From contig CAZQAW010000002.1 of assembly GCA_964591445.1 (NCBI GenBank), forward strand, positions 3,394-67,393: a DNA stretch of 64,000 bases, read 5' to 3'. The stretch comes from an uncultured Candidatus Saccharibacteria bacterium. Lineage in GTDB: Bacteria > Patescibacteriota > Minisyncoccia > Phycocordibacterales > UBA9973. Position numbers and translations under genes: made by a program. This document shows, in pieces, positions 25,911 through 34,982 of the stretch (position 1 is the stretch's first letter; each line of letters starts with the position of its first letter). A model generated the notes under the pieces. It was given only the letters and a program-made list of their open reading frames with translations, made no database searches and was not told the DNA's origin.

Positions 25911-26203
25911 AAAAAGCCCCCGTACATCTTTTCAGACATACGAGGACAAAACATGAAATCAAAACCGTATTTTTAATGGAGACTAAAAATAATGTAAGAA
26001 GAAAGTAGTCCAACAATTGTTAAGATAACAAGAAGAGCAATTTTTTTAGCTTTTGCTGCTGTAGGGTGTTCATTATAGAAGTGAGCGCCCTCTCGTGAAA
26101 TGTGCTTTGCTGACATATGTGCTTGTGTTTTTAATATTATTAAAATTTTGTGAATTAGGATATTTATTTAGATAGTACGCCTGTCTATACAGCTTGTCAA
26201 CAT

Positions 26204-26232
26204 TTGAAGTTTGGGGGCGGAAAGCGTATAAA
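26204..26232 (+). promoter_or_regulatory. Candidate ruvC promoter TTGAAG-N17-TATAAA. The predicted transcription start lies at or 1-2 nt before the ATG, so the mRNA would be leaderless.
   Basis: Read from the sequence. The -10 element ends 8 nt before ATG 26241. Confidence 0.35.
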
Positions 26233-26240
26233 TAGAGCAT

Positions 26241-26717
26241 ATGAAACTCATTGCCATTGATCCTGGATACGACCGCGTGGGGATTGCGATTATAGAAAAA
26301 GACGGAAAAAACCGCGAGACACTTCTCTATTCCGACTGCTTTTGTACTGACAAAACACAGACTATTACCGAGCGGATTTTTTCTGCCGGACAAGAAGTTG
26401 AATGGCTGATCAAACAATTCGCGCCAGAGATGATGGCTTTGGAAAAGCTTTTTTTTGCAAACAATAAAACAACAGCTATGGGAGTTTCGGAAGCGCGCGG
26501 AGCGTTGCTTTATATTGCGTCACAATATAATTTGAAAATCGTTGAATATACGCCGGTGGAAATCAAAGTTGCGGTGGCAAGCTACGGTAAAGCAACAAAG
26601 GAAGACGTACACAATATGGTTGCAAAACTCATAACACTTCCTACAAAGAAGCGTTTGGATGACGAAGTAGACGCTATCGCGCTCGGCCTCACCGCCTTGG
26701 CACATAAGGGTTTTTAA
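26241..26717 (+). CDS. ruvC: Crossover junction endodeoxyribonuclease RuvC.
   Basis: MKLIAIDPGYDRVGIAII (catalytic Asp), ...EKLFF..N...A.....ARG...YPVEIK..V.G.G.A.K..V..MV.....L......DAIAL shows the RuvC motifs. Confidence 0.9.
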   Translation: MKLIAIDPGYDRVGIAIIEKDGKNRETLLYSDCFCTDKTQTITERIFSAGQEVEWLIKQFAPEMMALEKLFFANNKTTAMGVSEARGALLYIASQYNLKIVEYTPVEIKVAVASYGKATKEDVHNMVAKLITLPTKKRLDDEVDAIALGLTALAHKGF

Positions 26718-26834
26718 GGAATTTCCTCGTTTTCCACACACTTTGCCTTTACCTCTTGCAAAGCGTAAAACTTTTTGTTACAAATAATGCACTAAGTAAA
26801 TAACGGTCGCTATTATTATTTATTTTTATATCGT

Positions 26835-27017
26835 ATGAGTTATAAAGACGACGAAATGACCATGGAAGAAACAGACATATTCATGAACAATGCAGATATA
26901 GCAGAGGAAGATGAAATGGATATGAGTGATGACGACATGGATATGGACGACGACGCGCTCGACATGGATGAAGACGGAGACGACGACATGTTTGGCGGCG
27001 AAGAAGAAAATAATTAA
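26835..27017 (+). CDS. Extremely acidic Asp/Glu/Met-rich small protein (60 aa) with DMD repeats.
   Basis: MSYKDDEMTMEETDIFMNNADIAEEDEMDMSDDDMDMDDDALDMDEDGDDDMFGGEEENN. Flanked by a promoter-like AT-rich region and a strong terminator. Confidence 0.45.
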   Translation: MSYKDDEMTMEETDIFMNNADIAEEDEMDMSDDDMDMDDDALDMDEDGDDDMFGGEEENN

Positions 27018-27027
27018 AAGGAAATAT

Positions 27028-27055
27028 AAAAAGCGCAGCTCTCGCTGCGCTTTTT
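27028..27055. terminator. Bidirectional terminator AAAAAGCGCAGC-TCTC-GCTGCGCTTTTT.
   Basis: Perfect 8-bp GC stem flanked by A and T tracts, between the convergent acidic-protein gene and tyrS. Confidence 0.65.
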
Positions 27056-27062
27056 ATATTAA

Positions 27063-28451
27063 TTATATTGTGAATTTAACAAACCGCTTTTTGCCGATCT
27101 TGAGCGTAAGCTCTTGTTCTATTTTTATTTGCGGGTCGGAAATCTTTTCTTTTGTTTCCAGGTCTGTGACCGCGCCTTCGTCGAGCAAGCGACGGAATTC
27201 CCCTTTTGATTCTACAAGCCCATTTGCAAGTACGGCATCGATCAAAAGTGTTTCTTTTTCAACTTTGAATTCATCGATCTCATCCGGAATTTCTTTTTTC
27301 TGGAACTTGGTAATAAAGTCTTCTTCGGCTTCTTTGACATTTTTCTCACCGTGATATTCAGCAACAATCTGCCGTGCAAGTTCCATTTTGATATCTTTTG
27401 GATTCACTTTGCCGCCGGCAATTTCTTTTTTGATTTCTTCGATTCTGTCGAGCGTTGTGTATGTGCAAAGTTCAAAGTAGTTTGCAATGACAGAGTCTGG
27501 AATCGAAAGCACTTTGCCGTACATGTTGGCCGGTGTGTCAGTGATAGCAATGTAGTTATCCAAACTCTTACTCATCTTTTCTTTTCCATCGAGTCCAACA
27601 AGGAGTTCAAAACCAAGCACTGCTTGTGGCGGCTGATTGTTCATCTTCATCACATCGCGGCCGACAAGCATGTTGAACATTTGGTCTGTACCGCCAACTT
27701 CGAGGTCACACGAGCCATAGATAGACGCGAGAACCGTCGAGTCGATACCTTGAAGCACAGGGTACATCATTTCGTGCATATAGAGCTCTTGGTTGTTTTT
27801 GAGTCGAAGTTGAAACATGTCACGTTCGATCAAGCGAGAGTGGGTAATATGTCGAAGTGTTGCAAGAAATCGAGAGAGAGAAACTCCATGCACAATATTG
27901 TTCTTCAAATGTGTTTTCTGCATTCGAGTTTCGTCATAAATAACAGCTTTGCCTAAAAATGAATTTCCATCGACAGAAAGTTTGCTTTCAGTTTCTGGGA
28001 CGTTGATATTTACTTTCAACCCTTCTTGGACAGAGATGTCTGTCACCCCAGCAAACCAGTCTGAATTGCGGATCCAAGAAAATACTTTTTCATCGAGCAA
28101 AAGGATCTTCCCTACTTGGTCGAGGTACGTTTTCATATTTTCTTCAATTTGCTTTTGGTCGATTTCTGGGCGAACTTTGCTTTTGCCTGTCGGGTCGCCG
28201 ATCATGGTCGTGTAGTCTCCGATCAAGAAAATAACCTTACAGCCCAGATCCTGGAACCGGCGAAGCTTGCGGAAGACGACCGCGTGCCCGATATGAATAT
28301 CCGGCCGAGTCACATCCACGCCAAATTTAATCACCACTTTTTCTGGCTGTTCAATAAGCTTCTTACGAAAAGCGCCGTCCGGGTCGATAAACTCTCCTAC
28401 CCCACGCGCCAGCAATTCGTCTATAATTTGAACTCTTTCTTTCATAGGCAC
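27063..28451 (-). CDS. tyrS: Tyrosyl-tRNA synthetase with a C-terminal S4-like domain.
   Basis: HIGH motif (PDIHIGHAVV), KMSKS motif (KMSKSLDNYI), GGTDQ-like EVGGTDQMFN, and a C-terminal S4-like region. Confidence 0.85.
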   Translation of the reverse strand: MPMKERVQIIDELLARGVGEFIDPDGAFRKKLIEQPEKVVIKFGVDVTRPDIHIGHAVVFRKLRRFQDLGCKVIFLIGDYTTMIGDPTGKSKVRPEIDQKQIEENMKTYLDQVGKILLLDEKVFSWIRNSDWFAGVTDISVQEGLKVNINVPETESKLSVDGNSFLGKAVIYDETRMQKTHLKNNIVHGVSLSRFLATLRHITHSRLIERDMFQLRLKNNQELYMHEMMYPVLQGIDSTVLASIYGSCDLEVGGTDQMFNMLVGRDVMKMNNQPPQAVLGFELLVGLDGKEKMSKSLDNYIAITDTPANMYGKVLSIPDSVIANYFELCTYTTLDRIEEIKKEIAGGKVNPKDIKMELARQIVAEYHGEKNVKEAEEDFITKFQKKEIPDEIDEFKVEKETLLIDAVLANGLVESKGEFRRLLDEGAVTDLETKEKISDPQIKIEQELTLKIGKKRFVKFTI

Positions 28452-28538
28452 ACTTTAGCATAAATGACGCTTTTTGTCTTTTAGATAAAATAAAAACCCC
28501 TCCTTAATACGGAGAGGTCTTTTAAAATTTTAACCTTC

Positions 28539-29255
28539 TTATAGTTCAATAAGTTTTCGCGCAGTTTGTGCTATCTCATATTCTTTTACACAACCACCTG
28601 CTTTTTCCCAACCTTCATTCATGACTATCTTTCCAATTGGCAAAGAAGTTATAACCGGTTGATAGAAAAGCTCAAACTTACTATGAGTTTCACCTTCTTT
28701 TATAAAAGGAAGGTGACAATTTAAAAACGGGATTTGATTAAAAACGAGTCCGTTATTTTCTTCTGCAATATCAAGTATTTTCTTTCTTAAATCTTTAATA
28801 CCTTTCCTAATACCTTTAGGATGAGAATATAGTGGACTACTTATAAAAGCCAGACCTGAGTCACTCATATCCATCATCCACAAAATTGCTTTATAGCGTA
28901 GCTGGGTATAATTTTCACAAGAACGTAAAGTTCTTGATACTTTATATTCCATAATCCAGTTAGCCAAATAAAGAGTTATCCGCCAACTAATCCTTCGGCT
29001 TAAACCAAGATTGGTTTGTTTTTCATACCACTCAGATGAGTTATAAGGGATTTCATAATACCTTGAATAGTATGATTTTTGAGCAATTTTTTGAAATTCT
29101 TTATGAGAATTCAAAAAAATAATTCTCAATAATGGAATTAGCTTAGGTATACGACAAAGAAAAAAGTACTGTGATTCTACGCCAAGTAATATCATTGGAC
29201 TGCATACAAGAAACCCAAGAAGGGTTGTGTACATAATTTCTACTATTGTGTTCAT
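28539..29255 (-). CDS. Hypothetical protein in a distinctly AT-rich block. It has an N-terminal TM and no recognisable motif.
   Basis: Long ORF fitting the intergenic boundaries. Its composition is visibly more AT-rich than the neighbouring tyrS and PBP genes. Confidence 0.4.
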   Translation of the reverse strand: MNTIVEIMYTTLLGFLVCSPMILLGVESQYFFLCRIPKLIPLLRIIFLNSHKEFQKIAQKSYYSRYYEIPYNSSEWYEKQTNLGLSRRISWRITLYLANWIMEYKVSRTLRSCENYTQLRYKAILWMMDMSDSGLAFISSPLYSHPKGIRKGIKDLRKKILDIAEENNGLVFNQIPFLNCHLPFIKEGETHSKFELFYQPVITSLPIGKIVMNEGWEKAGGCVKEYEIAQTARKLIEL

Positions 29256-29367
29256 ACGTATTGGTTTTTAATTTTTTCATTTAAATTATATCATACTAAT
29301 TTTATTAAGTCAAATAATTTATTTTTATGTCACAAAAACATTATTTTCTATGTTACTATTTATACAT

Positions 29368-31875
29368 ATGAAAAAAATTGTATCTTTGTTTGGTAGCTCG
29401 AAACATCGCGTCCGAAATATCATCTTTTCTGTTTTGGGTGTTGGTATTATCTTGGCGAGTTTTCTTTTTATTTGGATCGGGTCACTCGATATTCCCGACT
29501 TCAAATCCTTTGACGAACGACGAGTTGAAAAGTCGACACAGATCTACGACCGCACCGGCGAAGTCTTACTCTACGACATTCACAACAACTACAAACGAAC
29601 AGTTATTCCCTTTTCTGAAATGGGCACAAATATCAAAAACGCAACTGTCGCTGTTGAAGACGCGGAATTTTACAACCATAAAGGTATTCGCATAAAATCC
29701 ATCATTCGCGCGGTGCTTTCAAATTTGAACATTATTAAAAACGGAAATACTCAAGGTGGATCAACCATCACACAACAAGTTATTAAAAATAGCCTCCTTA
29801 CTCAAGACAAAAAAATTACCCGTAAACTCAAAGAGTGGTTTCTTGCAGTAAAGCTTGAACAAGTGATGTCTAAAGAAGATATTTTGGCAATCTATTTGAA
29901 CGAAAATCCTTACGGCGGAAGCATGTATGGTATACAAGAAGCTTCAAGAACATTCTTTGGTAAAGAACCGAAAGATTTAACAATAGCCGAATCGGCCTAT
30001 TTAGCAGCGATACCAAATGCGCCGACATACTATTCGCCTTATGGAAAAAACAAAACAAAACTTGATGAACGCAAAAACTTTATTTTGGGGCGAGAAAAAG
30101 AACTTGGTTTTATAACTCAAGAAGAATATGACACAGCGAAAGCAGAAGTGGTAGAGTTCAAACCGCAAGAACTTGTCGGCATCAAAGCGCCACACTTTGT
30201 GTTTTACATAAAAGAATATTTGGAGACAACATACGGCCCAGACATGGTGGAATATGGCGGATTGAAAGTCATCACAACACTCGACGCAGAACTCCAAGCA
30301 AAAGCGGAAGAAGTTGCGCTTACAAATGCGCTTAAAAATCAAAAAGACTTTAACGCTTCAAATACAGCAGTTGTTATCCTTGATCCAAAAACCGGTCAAG
30401 TGCTTTCGATGGTTGGTTCACGAAACTATTTCGACAAAGAAATCGACGGGCAATTCAACGCCGCAACTGGCTTCCGACAGCCGGGTTCATCATTTAAACC
30501 ATTCGTTTATGCAGCCGCATTTGGCAAAGGCTATACTCCAGAAACGACATTGTTTGATGTACCGACGGAATTTAATGCAAGTTGTTCTCCATATGGCGGC
30601 GGAAAGAATTGCTATATGCCAGACAACTACAACGGCGAATTCCACGGCCCGATGATGCTCAAAAATGCTTTGGCTGAATCCATCAACGTTCCGGCAGTTA
30701 AACTTTTGTATTTGGTTGGTATCAAAGACGCGATCAAAACTGCAAAAGATATGGGTATCAAAACGCTTACCGACCCGGACCGATACGGACTTACTCTCGT
30801 GCTCGGAGGCGGCGAGGTTTCACTTCTTGATATGGCCGGCGCGTATGGAACATTTGCAAACGGCGGCGTTAAACAAAAAACACAATCAATACTTTCTATT
30901 CAAGATTCCAATGGAACAATGCTTGAAGAATACCAGGAAGAAAAAGCCCAAGTACTCGACAAAAATGTCGCGCTTACTATCTCGCAAATACTTTCAGATA
31001 ACGAACTTCGAACTCCAACTTTCGGTACTAATTCAACCTTGAACGTTTCTCCAAACGTTGCCGTCAAAACCGGTACCACAAATGCAAACAAAGACGCCTG
31101 GATGATGGGATATTCAACTTCGGTTGTAGTGGGAGTCTGGAGTGGAAACAACGACAACACTTCGATGAAAAAAGGTTCGACTGTTTCTGGTCCGACGTTT
31201 AGCGCGCTCATGCGCGAAGCGCTGAAGAAATATCCGGAAACGTCTTTTGAAGACCCACTTCCAAATCCTAATTATGATTTTTTGAAACCAGTCATTCGAG
31301 GTAAATGGTTAGGAGGTGAAAGCTTTACGATAGACTCGATTTCCGGAAAACTTGCAACAGAATTTACTCCGACAGAAACTCGGGTTGAAAAAGTGATTAC
31401 CAATGTGCACGATATACTTTACTGGGTAGACAAGAGCGACCCGATGGGTCCGGCACCAACAAACCCAGAAAAGGATTCTCAGTTTAAAAATTGGGAAACA
31501 GCTGCGCAAAACTGGTGGAATAAAAATCAAGGAAGCTACCCTGTTGTAAGCACAGGCAGCGCTCCAACCGAGTATGATGACGTTCACACACTTGCAAGCA
31601 AGCCAACGGTTACATTTATTTCTCCAATAACAAACCAAACAGTTAGTGGTGAAAGCCAAGTGACAGTAAACATTTCCATGACAGGCATGTATCCTTTCAA
31701 AAAAATGGATGTGTTTGTAAACAACGTATTTCTTGGCTCTACTCAAACAAATACTTTTACATTTACACCAAACGATATTGAAGGAATAAGCGAAACAAAC
31801 GAGCTCCGCGTGCTCGTTAAAGACAGTATTTATAATGCGGGTGAAGCAAAAAACACATTCACTGTCACACTTTAG
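29368..31875 (+). CDS. Class A penicillin-binding protein (bifunctional transglycosylase/transpeptidase, PBP1A family).
   Basis: GT51 motifs (EDAEFYNHKGI, GGSTITQQVIKN), transpeptidase SSFKP (SxxK), SIN (SxN) and KTGTTN (KTG), plus an N-terminal TM anchor. The start was refined to MKKIVSLF. Confidence 0.85.
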   Translation: MKKIVSLFGSSKHRVRNIIFSVLGVGIILASFLFIWIGSLDIPDFKSFDERRVEKSTQIYDRTGEVLLYDIHNNYKRTVIPFSEMGTNIKNATVAVEDAEFYNHKGIRIKSIIRAVLSNLNIIKNGNTQGGSTITQQVIKNSLLTQDKKITRKLKEWFLAVKLEQVMSKEDILAIYLNENPYGGSMYGIQEASRTFFGKEPKDLTIAESAYLAAIPNAPTYYSPYGKNKTKLDERKNFILGREKELGFITQEEYDTAKAEVVEFKPQELVGIKAPHFVFYIKEYLETTYGPDMVEYGGLKVITTLDAELQAKAEEVALTNALKNQKDFNASNTAVVILDPKTGQVLSMVGSRNYFDKEIDGQFNAATGFRQPGSSFKPFVYAAAFGKGYTPETTLFDVPTEFNASCSPYGGGKNCYMPDNYNGEFHGPMMLKNALAESINVPAVKLLYLVGIKDAIKTAKDMGIKTLTDPDRYGLTLVLGGGEVSLLDMAGAYGTFANGGVKQKTQSILSIQDSNGTMLEEYQEEKAQVLDKNVALTISQILSDNELRTPTFGTNSTLNVSPNVAVKTGTTNANKDAWMMGYSTSVVVGVWSGNNDNTSMKKGSTVSGPTFSALMREALKKYPETSFEDPLPNPNYDFLKPVIRGKWLGGESFTIDSISGKLATEFTPTETRVEKVITNVHDILYWVDKSDPMGPAPTNPEKDSQFKNWETAAQNWWNKNQGSYPVVSTGSAPTEYDDVHTLASKPTVTFISPITNQTVSGESQVTVNISMTGMYPFKKMDVFVNNVFLGSTQTNTFTFTPNDIEGISETNELRVLVKDSIYNAGEAKNTFTVTL

Positions 31876-32133
31876 TTACCATAAGATAGTGCTAACAGGA
31901 ATATTCTCCTTTTTGAGTTCAGTTAAAATCTCATCCTTTTTTATAAAGAGATGCGATTTTAATGTTTGAGATATTTTAAAATGAATAGTATTTTTTTTAA
32001 TTTCAACTTGTTCTTTTGAGAGCTCAATGTTTGTTACTTTTTTGAGCACGCGAAGAATAGATTCTTTTTGGTCGTCGGCCGAAAAAAGTATTTTTTTGAA
32101 TTGGCCTAAAAAATCGTTCAGTCGGCCGTCCAT
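31876..32133 (-). CDS. Hypothetical small protein immediately downstream of dnaN.
   Basis: The ORF abuts dnaN. No confident motif. Confidence 0.35.
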   Translation of the reverse strand: MDGRLNDFLGQFKKILFSADDQKESILRVLKKVTNIELSKEQVEIKKNTIHFKISQTLKSHLFIKKDEILTELKKENIPVSTILW

Positions 32134-32134
32134 A

Positions 32135-33232
32135 CTAGCGGTTCATTGGCATTACCAAATAAGTAAATGAAGTGTCGCCGGAACCTTGAATAACGAGCGG
32201 TTTATTGCTGCCATTTGAACGGAACACCACGCTGTCTTGGTGAATGGATTGGAAACAGTCAAACACGTATTTATAATTTACATTCAAATCCACCTGTTCC
32301 CCAGAAAGTGCGCCGTCTACCGAAGTAGTATTTTCCCCGACATCATTATTCTTTGCATAGAGTTTTATTTTTTTCTCTTTCGGGTTAATGGAAAGAGTAA
32401 TTTGGTTAAATTTATCTGAAAAAATATTTGAAATTTTAAGCGCGTTCATTGCGTCTTGTTTTAAAATAATTGCTTCGGTCGTATGAGTTTTTGGAATGAT
32501 CTGTTTGTAGTCAGGGAATACGCCGTCGATAACTCGAGAAGTGAGATAAAGCCCTTGTGTTTCAAAAACGATCTGATTTTTACCAATAACCATATTCGCA
32601 TCGGTATCTATATCCTGACACACACGCACTATTTCTAAAATGTTCTTATACGGAATAATGATCGGAGAAAATTCATACGTTTCTTTAGTTTTTATTTTCT
32701 TTTCCGCTAAGCGGAATGAGTCAGTCGAGACAAATACAAGAGAACCTTGATCCGGATACATATACACACTTGAAATTTCTGGCTTTATTTCAGAGAGTGA
32801 TGCGCTGTAGTATACCGCTTTAAAGCCTTCTATAAGCTTTTTAAGAGGGATTGTGATGGATTCACCTTCTACAGTCGGAAGCGTTGGAAAATCTTCGGCT
32901 GGCTGGCCTTTAAGGATAAAAGAATTCTTTTTTGTTATCATTTCCAGGTTTCCATTCTTGAGCTCAATATTTACAACACCTTCGTCATACATAGTAGAAA
33001 AAAGACTTGAAAGAAGTGTTCCAGAAACAGCACAAACACCCTCTTGCTCGACTTTTGCCGGAACTTCAAGTTCGATACCTAAAGAAAGATTTGTTGCGCG
33101 AAGCTTCACACTTTTACCAGCGACCACAAAAAGAATAGATGAAAGCACAGGGAGGGTTAGATTTTTACCCGTTACGCGTTCAGCATTACTTATAGCCTTC
33201 TTTAGTTTTTCAATTGAACACTCGAATTTCAT
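32135..33232 (-). CDS. dnaN: DNA polymerase III beta subunit (sliding clamp).
   Basis: Three-domain beta-clamp pattern beginning MKFECSIEKLKKAISNAERV. It sits immediately downstream of dnaA. Confidence 0.9.
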   Translation of the reverse strand: MKFECSIEKLKKAISNAERVTGKNLTLPVLSSILFVVAGKSVKLRATNLSLGIELEVPAKVEQEGVCAVSGTLLSSLFSTMYDEGVVNIELKNGNLEMITKKNSFILKGQPAEDFPTLPTVEGESITIPLKKLIEGFKAVYYSASLSEIKPEISSVYMYPDQGSLVFVSTDSFRLAEKKIKTKETYEFSPIIIPYKNILEIVRVCQDIDTDANMVIGKNQIVFETQGLYLTSRVIDGVFPDYKQIIPKTHTTEAIILKQDAMNALKISNIFSDKFNQITLSINPKEKKIKLYAKNNDVGENTTSVDGALSGEQVDLNVNYKYVFDCFQSIHQDSVVFRSNGSNKPLVIQGSGDTSFTYLVMPMNR

Positions 33233-33463
33233 ATATGTGTATTTTATTCTTTATTAAATACTATTACTAATACTAGCATGGTGGATATGTGGATTAGTGG
33301 TATAAAACCCTTATTTTGTATAGCTTAATTGATAATTTCATACTGTTTATTTCTTGTTGATAATGTTGACTGTATGTTTATAAATACACATTTTTCATTA
33401 AAGGATATATTCTTTCCACAGATGAGGTATCGGTTGTATACACACTTCACACTCTTTTCCACA
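33233..33463. promoter_or_regulatory. dnaA-dnaN intergenic region: candidate oriC segment with degenerate DnaA boxes and an AT-rich stretch that could be a DNA-unwinding element.
   Basis: GGTGGATAT, TGTGGATTA (33281-33297), TTTTCCACA (about 33456). Long AT-rich run at 33300-33410. Confidence 0.5.
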
Positions 33464-34813
33464 TTATTTAAACAGAGTTCTCAACTGTTCAAGCTCTTGG
33501 ATAAGTCCCGGGTCGGTTTTTAAATCTTTCTTGATCTTTAAACACGAGTGAATGACGGTCGTATGGTCTTTACCACCCAATTTTTGCCCAATAAGAGGGT
33601 ATGAGACATTGAAATCCTCTCGAAGGATATACATAACAAGCTGGCGTGCCTTTACTATCTCCTTTCGGCGTGTCTTGTCATAAATAGCTTCTTCTTCAAG
33701 GTTAAAGAATTCAGCAATAGACTTCACCACATCTTTAATTGCGACATTTTTCTTTGGGCGAATGTTATTTTTGATAAGATTTTTAACTTCAGCCAATGTA
33801 ATTTCGCGATTTTTGAGTTGAGATTGTACTAAAATAGAATTTAAGCTCCCTTCAAGCTCGCGAATACTGCCTTGGATCGATGCCGCCAGGTGTTCAAGTA
33901 CTTCGTCTGTTATTGAAACAGCTGATTCCTTGAGTTTCTCTTTGAGAATTGCCAAACGAGATTCGTATTCCGGCTGGTTGATATCAACGATCATACCCGC
34001 AGAGAAGCGAGACTTGAGACGGTCTTCAAGGCCTGGAATGTAGTTTGGGTGTTTATCTGAAGAAAAGATAATTTGCTTGTTGTTTTCGTATAAAGTATTG
34101 AATAAATGGAATAATTCTTCTTGTGTTTTCTCTTTTGTGGAGATGAATTGGATATCGTCCATAATAAGCACATCGTATTTACGGTACTTTTCTTTAAAAC
34201 TATTTGGTTTGTTGTTTTGGACGGAGTTGATGTAATCGATAGCGAACTTTTCAAGAGTAATATAATGCACTTTTTTCTCTGGATAGCGAGCTTTAATAGC
34301 ATTTCCTATTCCTTGAATAAGGTGTGTTTTTCCGAGTCCTGTATCTCCATAGATAAAAAACGGGTTATACGAGGTTCCAGGGCGGTTTATGATGGCTTGT
34401 GAAGCAGCATGAGCGAGTTCATTGAATGGTCCGACGACAAATGAATTTAAATCATAGCGTGGGTTTAAGTTGTCTTCTTTGTTGATATATAAATCTTGAA
34501 GTGGAAGTTCTCTGTGACTAAAAACACTTTTATCTTCAAAGTGTTCTTGCGCTTTTTGGCGAGCATCGTGTTTGCTAATGATGTACTCTACCCCGCGAGT
34601 ATCCTCCGCAAATGTCATGAGTGTTTTTAAAATAGACTTGTGAAATTTTTTATAGAGCCAGTCTTTAACGAATTCATTCGGAACGCCGATGTAGATGGTA
34701 CCAGCTTCCTGTTTTGCAATAGAGGTGTTCTTGAACCATGTACTAAAGTTGGCTTTAGACATGTCTTTTTCAAGTTCAAGTAAACAATTGTCCCACAGTT
34801 CTTTGGTATCCAT
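33464..34813 (-). CDS. dnaA: Chromosomal replication initiator DnaA. The start was refined to the internal ATG (MDTKELWDNCLLELEKDMSKANFSTWFKNTS).
   Basis: Walker A GDTGLGKTHL, sensor and box motifs, and a C-terminal DNA-binding helix. The ORF-track start is a GTG that lies inside a perfect DnaA box. Confidence 0.9.
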   Translation of the reverse strand: MDTKELWDNCLLELEKDMSKANFSTWFKNTSIAKQEAGTIYIGVPNEFVKDWLYKKFHKSILKTLMTFAEDTRGVEYIISKHDARQKAQEHFEDKSVFSHRELPLQDLYINKEDNLNPRYDLNSFVVGPFNELAHAASQAIINRPGTSYNPFFIYGDTGLGKTHLIQGIGNAIKARYPEKKVHYITLEKFAIDYINSVQNNKPNSFKEKYRKYDVLIMDDIQFISTKEKTQEELFHLFNTLYENNKQIIFSSDKHPNYIPGLEDRLKSRFSAGMIVDINQPEYESRLAILKEKLKESAVSITDEVLEHLAASIQGSIRELEGSLNSILVQSQLKNREITLAEVKNLIKNNIRPKKNVAIKDVVKSIAEFFNLEEEAIYDKTRRKEIVKARQLVMYILREDFNVSYPLIGQKLGGKDHTTVIHSCLKIKKDLKTDPGLIQELEQLRTLFK

Positions 34814-34982
34814 ATGAAGTACACCTATTATAGACTTTAAAAGTATATTTGCAAAATTATCCACAGCTTAATTAACATGTGGATAAGGTGTGGAAAGATA
34901 TGAATAACTTTTCTCACCCCTCGCTTCGCAAGGGAGGAAAATTGAGCTTGTAAAATAAAATATTTTATTGTATACTCCCCTC
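34814..34982. promoter_or_regulatory. Region upstream of dnaA with perfect DnaA boxes TTATCCACA (34857-34865) and TGTGGATAA (34878-34886), plus TGTGGAAAG (34889-34897). It also contains the rpmH promoter.
   Basis: Exact matches to the TTATNCACA consensus in both orientations, 10 nt apart. Classic rpmH/dnaA divergent arrangement. Confidence 0.55.

Noticed and set aside
25911-25960. Possible terminator after ruvB (AAAAAAAGCCCCCGTACATC...).
   Set aside because: The A-tract and GC run do not form a clean inverted repeat, so it was not called.
26073-26417. ORF 26073..26417 (-) overlapping the ruvC start.
   Set aside because: It overlaps the ruvC promoter and N-terminus on the opposite strand and has no protein-like features.
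22780-29350. The AT-rich blocks considered as prophage or integrative elements.
   Set aside because: No integrase, recombinase, terminase, capsid or att-like direct repeats were seen. The blocks are single-gene scale, so I only flagged them as possible horizontal acquisitions.
34814-34864. The GTG start at 34864, which extends DnaA by 17 aa.
   Set aside because: The GTG lies inside a perfect TTATCCACA DnaA box, and the extension is not part of the conserved DnaA N-terminus. The ATG at 34813 matches the canonical start.
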